Positions 9,318-21,542 of a stretch of 32,000 nt of DNA are shown here, one piece after another. The notes beneath the pieces are model-generated. The model did no database searches and was not told where the DNA came from. It worked only from the letters and a program-made list of their open reading frames with translations. The position numbers and the translations under genes are program-made. Numbering within the stretch: the first letter of the stretch is position 1; every line of letters starts with the position of its first letter. This stretch comes from Deltaproteobacteria bacterium. GTDB taxonomy: Bacteria; Myxococcota_A; UBA9160; SMWR01. The DNA lies in contig JAQBHB010000090.1 in NCBI GenBank assembly GCA_032128115.1, positions 42,268-74,267 on the forward strand. Reading direction: 5' to 3'.

Positions 9318-11450
9318 ATGCTGCGGAACTTCGGAGCGGCCCTGGCGGCGATCGCGGCGTTGACCTCCTGTGGGGGGGCTCCGCCTCCGCTGATCGCTGT
9401 CCATCGCCTGGTAAACGCCCCCTATCGGGATCCGGCTGGGAGCCGCCCGGAACACCTGATCACCCGCGTCCGCACCGCGTTCCTGCAAGCCCCCCCGTCC
9501 ACGGCCGGAATCCCCACCGCCACCATCGACGATGACACACGCACGGTGCTGGCGGCGCACCCGCGCGTGATGCTGCACTGGCCGAGGCTGCAGTTATCCG
9601 AGGGCGGCAATGTCGAGCTTGCGCTCTCGCTGGGCGACGGGTTCGCTGGCGCCACCCGGGCCACCGCTGTGCCGCATGTCTTCGACGCGGGAAGCTGGCA
9701 CGGTCTGCCACCCCTTCACCTGGAGATTCGACCCGACGGACCCACGCTCGCCCGCTTCCATGCGGCGGAATCCGACCTTCCGCGTCCCGTGAGGGTTGCC
9801 CTGGAGGTGCATCGAATCCCGGAAGTGGGTCGAACCAGCCATCGCACTGCGGAGCTGGAGATCCCATCGGAGAGCTTCCTCGACTTCGGGCTTGGCATCC
9901 TCGAGCCCGCCCGCGACCAGGGGGCCGTTCGCTTCCAGGTCTCGGTGTGCCGAGCCGACGCCTGCACTCCCGTGTTCGACGAATCCGTCGATCCGGGGGG
10001 CAGCGAGGCCGGATGGCGAGATCGCCGGGTATCCCTGGCCTCGCACAGCGGTCGCCGTTCCATCCGGTTTGAAACCGAGTACGCGGGCGGCGTGGACCGG
10101 GGATTCTCGCTCCCCGTGTGGGCCAACCCCACGATTCTGGCCCCGGACACCCGCGGCGATCTCGGCCCGAACGTCCTGCTGATCAGCCTCGACACTTTAC
10201 GCGCGGACCACCTGAGTCTGTACGGGTACGAGCGCGAGACTTCACCCTTCCTGCGCGACACCCTGGGACCCCGGAGCAGTGTCTTCGATGCCTACGTCTC
10301 GACCGCCACCACCACCGATCCCTCCCATATGACCATGTTCACCTCGCTGTCCCCCAGCGTGCATGGCGTGGCAGACAAACTCACACCGTTGCAGGTTCCC
10401 GTAATCACTCTCGCGGAGGTTTTGCGAGCCCGTGGCTATGCCACCGCCGCCTTCACCGAAAACGGTCCCCTCGCCCACGGCCGGGGATTCGAGCTCGGCT
10501 TCGAGGCGTACACCGAGAACCAGAGCCCGATCTTCCTCCTGCCCCCTGGGCAGGTGAAGCGCACGTTCGCGCAGGCACGGAACTGGCTCGAGAACCACGA
10601 CTCGCAGCGCTTCTTCCTGTTCCTCCACACCTTTCAGGTGCACTCTCCCTATGAGCCGCCGCCCGGATATCGTCAACTGTTTGACGGTGACGATTCATCA
10701 GCGCCGACGGGCGGACGGTCCACACGAAGCGCCCAGGAGCTCGTTTCCGACTACGATCGGGAGATCCGCTTCGTGGACGACGAGCTGCGCTCTCTTTTCG
10801 AGTGGCTCGATCGGCGCGACCTGACTGCCAACACCGTGTTGGTGATCACGTCGGACCACGGCGAACAGTTCCAGGAGCACGGGATCCAGGGACACAAGGC
10901 GCCGCCCTTCGAGGAGTTGACCGGGATCCCATTGCTCGTGCACGGGCCTGGCATCCCGGCGGGTCGCCGCATTGCGCAGCCGATCTCGCAACTCGACCTG
11001 ATGCCCAGCCTGCTCGAGCTGATCGGTGCGCCCGTCCCGGAGCAGGCCCGGGGCATTTCATTCGCGGGGCTGCTGGCGGAAGCAGAACCGGAACCCGGTG
11101 CACGCACCCGGCCCCTCTTCACGTCCGGGTGGGTACTGCCGAATGAATTCCAGGTGCCGTCGCTGGCGGTTCGCGTGAACGAGCGCAAGCTGATTCGCAC
11201 TCGCACGAGCGATGGCGTCGATCACTACTCTTACTTCGATCTGTCGAACGATCCGGGCGAGATGCGAAACCGATTCTCGGGACATCGAGCCGAGGCGGCG
11301 GATCTGATGGCGCTGCTGCGGGAGCACGAGCGCGACGCGAAAGCCAGCCGCGACGCGCTTCGCGCTGGAAATCTGCCCGGTGAGCCCACCCCTCCGGCCT
11401 TCGATCCGCAACGCGACGAGCAGCTGCGCGCTCTCGGCTACATCGAGTGA
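9318..11450 (+). CDS. lipoprotein, sulfatase / alkaline-phosphatase-superfamily hydrolase with an N-terminal unknown domain
   Basis: Start at ATG 9318 gives the signal peptide MLRNFGAALAAIAALTSC with lipobox L-T-S-C (Cys18, 9369-9371). The C-terminal half has the sulfatase fold pattern NVLLISLDTLRADHLS ... TTDPSHMTMFTSLSPSVHG ... VITSDHGE. The first 960 nt of track ORF 8358..11450 is antisense to the P450 and was rejected. Confidence 0.8.
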   Translation: MLRNFGAALAAIAALTSCGGAPPPLIAVHRLVNAPYRDPAGSRPEHLITRVRTAFLQAPPSTAGIPTATIDDDTRTVLAAHPRVMLHWPRLQLSEGGNVELALSLGDGFAGATRATAVPHVFDAGSWHGLPPLHLEIRPDGPTLARFHAAESDLPRPVRVALEVHRIPEVGRTSHRTAELEIPSESFLDFGLGILEPARDQGAVRFQVSVCRADACTPVFDESVDPGGSEAGWRDRRVSLASHSGRRSIRFETEYAGGVDRGFSLPVWANPTILAPDTRGDLGPNVLLISLDTLRADHLSLYGYERETSPFLRDTLGPRSSVFDAYVSTATTTDPSHMTMFTSLSPSVHGVADKLTPLQVPVITLAEVLRARGYATAAFTENGPLAHGRGFELGFEAYTENQSPIFLLPPGQVKRTFAQARNWLENHDSQRFFLFLHTFQVHSPYEPPPGYRQLFDGDDSSAPTGGRSTRSAQELVSDYDREIRFVDDELRSLFEWLDRRDLTANTVLVITSDHGEQFQEHGIQGHKAPPFEELTGIPLLVHGPGIPAGRRIAQPISQLDLMPSLLELIGAPVPEQARGISFAGLLAEAEPEPGARTRPLFTSGWVLPNEFQVPSLAVRVNERKLIRTRTSDGVDHYSYFDLSNDPGEMRNRFSGHRAEAADLMALLREHERDAKASRDALRAGNLPGEPTPPAFDPQRDEQLRALGYIE

Positions 11451-11591
11451 CTCGCCACCGAATCCGATCTGTTCAGCTTCTACGACGGATTCTCTAGCAA
11501 ATTCCACAGGTTGAAGATTTCCAGGTCCGGCCTCGGCATCCGGGTCCCGGGAGACGTGGAGTCGACTTCGCTCTTGGAGCGAGCGAAATTC

Positions 11592-11637
11592 CCGTGCCAG
11601 CCACAAAATCCGTGCCAGCCACAAAATGGGTGGCTGG
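11592..11637 (+). promoter_or_regulatory. perfect 18-bp tandem duplication (CCGTGCCAGCCACAAAAT x2) whose second copy forms an 8-bp inverted repeat (CCAGCCAC-N7-GTGGCTGG); candidate operator or leader structure
   Basis: Read directly: copies at 11592-11609 and 11610-11627, with inverted arms at 11615-11622 and 11630-11637. A second GC hairpin (GGCGGGG-N4-CCCCGCC) follows at 11643-11660. All of this lies 20-90 nt upstream of ATG 11681. Confidence 0.5.
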
Positions 11638-11680
11638 GGCAGGCGGGGCTCCCCCCGCCAGAATTTCGAGAAGAGTGGCC

Positions 11681-12712
11681 ATGACGAAGAAGATCCGACC
11701 TGGCTACCTCCTCCCGAGCGCCGCCTACACCATCAGTCCCAAGCAGATCCGGCTCTACGAGATGTTGGATCGGACGCCCTTGCCGGGTGATGTCGTATAC
11801 GGTCGTGTGACATCCATCGGCCAGCACGGCTCGCTGGAGAACAAGCAGGGGCGAATCCACCAGATCAACGACGGGGTGCGCGCGGTCTTCGTATTCGGGA
11901 ATCGTTACGCCCCGGATGCATTCGAGGGATTCGTTCCCGAGACGGCGGTGACCGAGGCCGACGTGCTCGCACGCTCAGGAATGATCGGTCAGGTTCGAGA
12001 GAAGAATATCCAGATGAAAGACCCGACCCGGGTGGAGATCCTCGGCTACGTCGTGGATAAAGCGGGGGCGCCGCTCAATACCATGGACTACTCCATCGCG
12101 CTCCCGAAGCATCCGCTCGACCCGCGGAAGCGGCGCGCCAAGATGATCCTCCACATCGGGACGAGCATGAATTCCGGAAAGAGCACGTCTGCCGTCGCTT
12201 GTTGCTGGGCTCTCGCGGCGATGGGGCACGGCGTTCGGGCGAGCAAGGTGACGGGAACGTCCAGTCTCAAGGACATCCTGCACATGCAGGACGCGGGCGC
12301 CGAGATCGTTTCCGACTTCTCGTACCTCGGCTACCCGTCGACCTACATGCTCGACTTCGACGTCGTCGTAGAGATCTTCAAGAAACTCGATGCAAAGATC
12401 GGAAACAATCCCCAGAAATTCTGGATCGTAGAGTTCGCCGACGGAATCCTCCAGCGCGAAACCTCCGCCTTGCTTCGAGACGAGTACGTCCGATCACGGA
12501 TTCACAAGCTCGTATTTTCTGCGTCTGACGTATTCGGAGCGATCGGAGGTCTCCGGATTCTTCGGGATGAGTTCGACCTCGAGCCCAATGCGATCTCGGG
12601 TCGCTGTACCTCATCCCCACTCATGATTCGAGAGCTCGAGGATCGAACGGCGATTCCGATCTACAACAACATGATCCGAAATCTGCGTCAGCTTGGCGAG
12701 CTGCTGTTGTGA
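11681..12712 (+). CDS. P-loop (Walker A) protein of unknown function, possibly distantly DUF1611-like
   Basis: Walker A-like GTSMNSGKST (12158-12187) in the middle of a 343-aa protein, with a beta-rich N-terminal region. The start is moved to ATG 11681 (MTKKIRPGY). The longer track start would translate the DNA tandem repeat. The stop overlaps the start of the next gene (GTGA). Confidence 0.65.
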   Translation: MTKKIRPGYLLPSAAYTISPKQIRLYEMLDRTPLPGDVVYGRVTSIGQHGSLENKQGRIHQINDGVRAVFVFGNRYAPDAFEGFVPETAVTEADVLARSGMIGQVREKNIQMKDPTRVEILGYVVDKAGAPLNTMDYSIALPKHPLDPRKRRAKMILHIGTSMNSGKSTSAVACCWALAAMGHGVRASKVTGTSSLKDILHMQDAGAEIVSDFSYLGYPSTYMLDFDVVVEIFKKLDAKIGNNPQKFWIVEFADGILQRETSALLRDEYVRSRIHKLVFSASDVFGAIGGLRILRDEFDLEPNAISGRCTSSPLMIRELEDRTAIPIYNNMIRNLRQLGELLL

Positions 12713-13665
12713 GCCGAAGCCCGGTCGTCGTGGCAGTGCACGGCGGGGCGGGTCGCCTGCCCTCATCGAAGACCCGGGCGCCGGAACGCAGGCGTTACGA
12801 TCACGGGATCGCGCGAGCTCTCCTCGCGGCCCAGCGGGTGTTGGTGTCCGGCGGGTCCGCGGTTCGAGCTGTGACGGCTGCAGTCGTCATTCTCGAAGAC
12901 GACGAGGCCTTCAACGCGGGCAGGGGCAGCGCCCTCTGTGAAGACGGGACGGTCGAACTCAGTGCGTCCGTGATGAACGGCAGGAATCTCGCCGCAGGCG
13001 CAATGGTGGGCCTGAAGCGGACCCGGAATCCCGTTCTGGCCGCCCGAGCGCTGATGAAACATACGCACGGTCTACTGTTCGGGGCGTGGGGCGACTCTTT
13101 TGCAGAGAGCGCTGGCCTGGAGATGGTTCCGCCTGCCTATTTCATGACCAGGGAACGTGAGAAGCAATGGCGGCGGCTCAAGAGCAAGGGAACCATCGCT
13201 TTGGACCACAGCAACGACGAGCCGGTCCACGGAACCGTGGGTGCCGTTGCGCTCGATCGCCGCGGCAATCTCGCGGCTGCCACGTCCACCGGTGGGCTCG
13301 TCAACCAGCTGAGAGGCAGGGTTGGCGACACTCCCGTGGTGGGATCGGGAACCTGGGCGAATGGCGTCTGTGCGGTGAGCGCGACGGGCACCGGAGATGC
13401 GTTTGCCCGCGTGGCATTCGGCAGGCGCGTTGCCGACCTGATCGAACTGGCAGGCTTGTCACCCGTTGAGGCGGCACAACAGACCTTGGATGACGTGCGC
13501 CGCATCAAGGGTCAGGGAGGCTGCATCCTCGTCAGTGCCGCGGGAGAGGTTGTTTGTCCCTTCATCAGCGCCCAGATGGTGCGGGGATGGGTGGTGGACG
13601 GCGGCCTCCCCACGGTGGCGATCCTGCCTGGAGAAGCCCTGGTGATATCCGAGAGCGTCGAATGA
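12709..13665 (+). CDS. isoaspartyl peptidase / L-asparaginase (Ntn-hydrolase, plant-type asparaginase family)
   Basis: N-terminus VVAVHGGAG, autoproteolytic/nucleophile site HGTVGAVALD, then ATSTGG and GDTPVVGSG. GTG start at 12709 overlaps the upstream stop TGA 12710-12712. Confidence 0.9.
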   Translation: MSRSPVVVAVHGGAGRLPSSKTRAPERRRYDHGIARALLAAQRVLVSGGSAVRAVTAAVVILEDDEAFNAGRGSALCEDGTVELSASVMNGRNLAAGAMVGLKRTRNPVLAARALMKHTHGLLFGAWGDSFAESAGLEMVPPAYFMTREREKQWRRLKSKGTIALDHSNDEPVHGTVGAVALDRRGNLAAATSTGGLVNQLRGRVGDTPVVGSGTWANGVCAVSATGTGDAFARVAFGRRVADLIELAGLSPVEAAQQTLDDVRRIKGQGGCILVSAAGEVVCPFISAQMVRGWVVDGGLPTVAILPGEALVISESVE

Positions 13666-13683
13666 TCGTCCAGGGCCGCGGGA

Positions 13684-15999
13684 TCACAGCGGGTCGCACA
13701 GCAGGACTTCCGTCACCCCGCCGGGCCGCTCCTCGTTGGACGACGCATCACACACATCGTCGTCGCTGCAGAAGTTCTTGATCGTTCCCGTGGGCGTCAG
13801 GAATTCGAGCAACTGATCGATCGAGGCGGGGATCGTGAATCGGAGTGCGTGCGGGTCGCAGACGCTGCTGGGAATCGTATTCGCAAGCGCCGGGATCACT
13901 GCATCGAAGGCCGGATCGAACACGTCGAAGGAGCCCGTGTCGTAGATCATCATCGCCGAGTCGAGGCCGCCCACCCCCTCCGGAACGTCGGGAATCTCGA
14001 CGAGCCCCTGAAGCAGCGAACCATCCAGGCTCGGGATGCCCAGCGACCGCGCCATGATTTCCGAGGCCTGGTTCGAGACCTGCTTGTCGAGCCAGGCCAC
14101 CGTCATCAGCATGTGCTTGGCGATCCCCGGCTGGCCGTCGTGATCGTCCAGGGGTGACTCGACGAGTCCGGTGACGTGGCGCACGGCGCTGGCGGGCTCC
14201 GAACTCACCCACTGTTCGTGCAGCAGACCCAGCCCCAGCGCTGTCTCCATGGGATCCGCCAGGCCCACGTTCGACAGCAGGCTCTCGAACGTGATGAACT
14301 GGGTCGAGCGTTGCAGGAGCAGCGAGAAGTTCATCGCAGGCACATCGATGTTGAAACGCTGGATGTCGTTCGTCAGGGCCGCGAGCCAGGTTCCCATGAT
14401 CCCGCCGAGGCTGACGCCGACGTAGAATTCCTGCTCGCCGGAGCCCGGGAACACGCCCGTACTGGAGCCGGTGCCCGGATCCGTCTGGAACTCGGCGAAG
14501 TCGTTCAGCAGGGTCCCCTTCATCAGATGCGTCAACACCAGGGTGTTGAGCATCCCCTGCTTGAGGCGAGCCGTGAAGGCCGGAAAGTTGTTCAGCTGGT
14601 GGTTGAAGAGCCCGATGATGCCCGCTCCGACCCAGTTGAAGTCGAAGCTCGAGAGGCCTCGGTAATCCGTGGCGCCCGCGATGTAGGGGAACGAATCGTC
14701 GGCGAACTCGTCCACGAGGCCAGCGGCGAGGGTGTCGACCATCCCCGCGCCATTTCCGAACAGGCCGTGTCCCAGGAGCAGCGGCCGAACGGTCACGCCC
14801 CCGTTGAAGACGCTGCAGGGGATCATGAAGTCTACGTTGGCGTCGATCGTTTCCTGGCCAATCGTGGTGTTCTGGATCGGATTGCCGTTGCCATCGACAT
14901 TCAGGAACGGAATGTGGCCGTCGTCCAGGGGTCCAGCGAGATAGTTGGGAACGTGGATCGTCAGCTTCAATCGGCGCCATACCTGGGTTCCGGGCACTGC
15001 GCAGTTGAAGACGTTCGCGGCGTTGAACGCCGCGTGGCTGGCCAGATCGATGTTGCTGGCCTGGAATGTCGCCGGGTTGGCTTCGATGTAGGTCAACACC
15101 TCGTCGCGCATGCTGAGGATCTGGTGGGTGAGCTGGTGTTCGCTCTGCACCACGAAGTCGAAGGCGAGAACCAGGTCGTCTCGCGGCACGCCATTCGCCG
15201 CAAGAATCTGGAAGATCTCCTCCATGTCTGCGCGCCGGCTCTCGAGCGCCGGGATCGTGCTGGGACGGGCGTCGCGAAGCGCCGCGAAGACGCCCTCGGG
15301 CTCGACGGGCGCCGCCACGGGATCCACCAGGTTGCGCATCGCGACGATGTAGCGATGGCCGGGCACGAGGCTCTTGCCCGGGCGCAGGAAGAGCACCTGT
15401 CGCTGGGGATTCCCGATCGCGCGTGCGTCGTTCTCGATGAAGTGGAGGATGCGCTCGCCGGTGTCGGCGTCGAGCAGCACCGAGGGGCTGTCGGTGTCCA
15501 GCGAGCGGTCGTCGTGGGTGCGCACGTTCTCATAGGGCGTCTGATTCAGCTGACCGCAGCAATCCGGGTCCAGCAACCGCGACGCGTCCGACGCCTCCAC
15601 GTCCACGCCGGCCGGGAAGTGCATGAGGATCTGCACGGTCGGGCTGAAGCCGTCGAGCTCGTTGAGGGGGTCCGGAACAAACGCCGGACCGTTCAGGACG
15701 GGCATGCCCACCTGGGGCAGCGCCACCTGCAGTGCGTTGCCGGGCCCGCCGCCCGCGGCCACCAGGAAGCGCGACGACGGATAGGGCAGGAGGCACTCCT
15801 CGTTGTTGAGGATCTCGCAAGCGTCCACGTCCTGGAGGTCGGCGATCTCGAAGACGACCCCATCGACGAGTTTGGGCCCCGTGGGGTTGTTGGGGTCGTC
15901 GATCTGGGCGGTGAGGATCCGAGGCCCGTCGACAGCGGGGATCGCGACCGTGCCGACGATGCCCCCGCCGGGGGCTTTATGCGATACCCATACTCGCAC
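13684..15999 (-). CDS. large (771 aa) putative alpha/beta-hydrolase-like protein (GxSxG), function unknown
   Basis: Long ORF with coding-like composition and a nucleophile-elbow-like motif YVGVSLGGIMG. Several Cys pairs (DACEILNNEECL, CDPHAL, CSDDDVCD, LLCDP) suggest an extracytoplasmic protein, but no signal peptide is visible at the called start. Confidence 0.6.
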   Translation of the reverse strand: MRVWVSHKAPGGGIVGTVAIPAVDGPRILTAQIDDPNNPTGPKLVDGVVFEIADLQDVDACEILNNEECLLPYPSSRFLVAAGGGPGNALQVALPQVGMPVLNGPAFVPDPLNELDGFSPTVQILMHFPAGVDVEASDASRLLDPDCCGQLNQTPYENVRTHDDRSLDTDSPSVLLDADTGERILHFIENDARAIGNPQRQVLFLRPGKSLVPGHRYIVAMRNLVDPVAAPVEPEGVFAALRDARPSTIPALESRRADMEEIFQILAANGVPRDDLVLAFDFVVQSEHQLTHQILSMRDEVLTYIEANPATFQASNIDLASHAAFNAANVFNCAVPGTQVWRRLKLTIHVPNYLAGPLDDGHIPFLNVDGNGNPIQNTTIGQETIDANVDFMIPCSVFNGGVTVRPLLLGHGLFGNGAGMVDTLAAGLVDEFADDSFPYIAGATDYRGLSSFDFNWVGAGIIGLFNHQLNNFPAFTARLKQGMLNTLVLTHLMKGTLLNDFAEFQTDPGTGSSTGVFPGSGEQEFYVGVSLGGIMGTWLAALTNDIQRFNIDVPAMNFSLLLQRSTQFITFESLLSNVGLADPMETALGLGLLHEQWVSSEPASAVRHVTGLVESPLDDHDGQPGIAKHMLMTVAWLDKQVSNQASEIMARSLGIPSLDGSLLQGLVEIPDVPEGVGGLDSAMMIYDTGSFDVFDPAFDAVIPALANTIPSSVCDPHALRFTIPASIDQLLEFLTPTGTIKNFCSDDDVCDASSNEERPGGVTEVLLCDPL

Positions 16000-16198
16000 C
16001 TCGAGCCAGAACGCAGCCTGAACCTCCTATGCCCGATTGGTGCTATCGCGCTCCCCCGGTGTCGCGTCGCGGCAAGGAGACCCGGGCTCGCCGCGGGTTT
16101 CTGCTTCAAGATCCGGCTGCTAGCGTATCATCTTGCGTGCAGTTCTTATACACTTCGGATGTTGCATCTGGTGGAGCTGCGCCTGACGGAGCCGAGCC

Positions 16199-17673
16199 AT
16201 GGCCTTCCTTGAAGACTTCGGACACGACGTCTTCATCAGCTACGCGCACATCGACAACCAGCCCGATCGCGAAGGCGAGCGCGGTTGGGTCGAGAGTTTC
16301 GAGCGGGCGCTCAAGCTGAGACTGCTCAAGCGTTTCGGGCGCGAGGTGGGGGTCTGGCGCGATCCCGAACTCGCTCGCTCCCAGCGCTTTGATCCGGTCA
16401 TCCAGGCCGCGGTCGAGGGCTCTGCGATCATGATCTCGCTGATCAGCGAGAGCTATCTGGCCTCGGACTACTGCCAGCAGGAAATGAGGTGGTTCGCCGC
16501 AAAGATGGCTGCGGAACCCGCGGGGGCCACGGTGGGCCACTACGTTCGGGTGTTTCCCGTGCTCCTCTACAACGTTCCACCCGGCGATTGGCCCGAAGCC
16601 TGCCGCGACACCTCCGGCTTCCGTTTCCACGACGCGGTTGAACGCGGTTTCGGAAAACCGCTGCACCCACAGCGCGACGACTTCACCGATCGACTCTGCG
16701 AGTTGGTGGAGGAGTTGCACACCGTGCTTACAACTCTCTCGAAGCGGACCGGCGATCTCGAAGCCCCCGCAGAGGAACCGCGGGCAGTATTCCTGGCGGA
16801 GGTGTCGGACGACTTGAGAAGAGACCGCCGCCATCTGGGCCTCGATCTCGAGAAACAGGGCATCGAGGTCGTCAGCGGCATCCTGCCCGCCGACGCACGA
16901 ACCCAGTACGAGGCGGCGGTGGTCAAGGCGCTGGGAAAGTCGAAGCTCTCGGTCCACCTGCTGGGCACCCTTGCCGGTCGACCACTGGACGAGTCAGATC
17001 CCGAGAGGACCTATCCGGTGGAGCAGATGCGGATCGGGCTCGAACACGCCCGTTCCCAGCTGGTGGTCCTGCCGCCGGAGTTCGAGCGAGAGGACATCCA
17101 GGAGCCCGGGTACGCGGACCTGATCAGCTCGTTGCAGGAACGGCAGCGAGAAGCCGAGCGGCTCGAGATCGTCCGGATGGGTCGCACCCAACTCGCCGAG
17201 GAGGTTCTGTCCAAGCTCAAGCGACTCGACGCGCAGGAGAAGGCAAAGCGAGTCGCTTCCGCGCCGAGCGGCGAGAGCAGAGCCTTCGTCGACTTGCACA
17301 TCAACGACCTGTCCTCGGCCGGGGATCTCGTTGGATATCTTCAGCGCAACGATCTCCCGGCCATCACGATTCCCTCGGGTGATCTCGACCCGGCGGCCGG
17401 ACTGTCCCTGTTCGAGGAGAATTTGACCAAGGCGCGTTTCTTCATCGTCGTCTTCGGGAGCGTCGCGCGCAGCTGGGTCGAGCAACGCCTGAACGAAGCA
17501 TTGAAACTCATCCTGAGCAATCGACTCAGTACGCGCGTCGGTGTCTATCTGGCACCCCCCCACAAATCGGCAGCGGAAGCGATGTTTCCCCCCTTCTTCC
17601 GGGTCATGAACAACACCGACCACTTCGACCCGAAGACCGTGGACGCACTGCTTCGAGAGCCGCCCGAGTCTCC

Positions 17674-17677
<4 letters not shown>
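16199..17677 (+). CDS. TIR-domain protein (N-terminal TIR, C-terminal ~350 aa with two further TIR/DUF4062-like alpha/beta modules)
   Basis: The N-terminus HDVFISYAHIDN ... AIMISLISESYLASDYCQQEMRWF matches the bacterial TIR pattern (FISY strand; S-x-x-Y-x-x-S-x-W/YC-x-x-E). The candidate catalytic Glu95 is at 16481-16483. SD GGAG lies 7 nt before the ATG. The stop overlaps the next start (ATGA, 17674-17677). Confidence 0.85.
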
Positions 17678-21534
<3,857 letters not shown>

Positions 21535-21542
21535 CGCTTGCG

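Noticed and set aside
11594-11680. Upstream start for the P-loop gene (MPATKSVPATKWVAGAGG...)
   Set aside because: The extension merely translates the 18-bp DNA tandem repeat and GC hairpins. ATG 11681 follows these structures and gives a plausible N-terminus.
15693-16109. 138-aa minus-strand ORF (MKQKPAASPGLLAAT...) as a possible frameshifted signal peptide for the 771-aa hydrolase-like protein
   Set aside because: The N-terminus is not convincingly hydrophobic, and most of the ORF overlaps the main gene out of frame with Ser/Pro/Arg-rich sequence. I cannot demonstrate a frameshift from the sequence alone.
16120-16170. Sigma70 or sigma54 promoter for the TIR cassette
   Set aside because: The patch is locally AT-richer (TTGCGT, TATACA), but the hexamer spacing does not fit a -35/-10 pair and there is no GG-N10-GC match. 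I could not support a specific promoter call.
14176-16212. 678-aa plus-strand ORF
   Set aside because: It is antisense to the 771-aa GxSxG protein and reads as His/Arg/Val/Gly-rich mirror sequence. It would also run through the divergent intergenic region into the TIR start.
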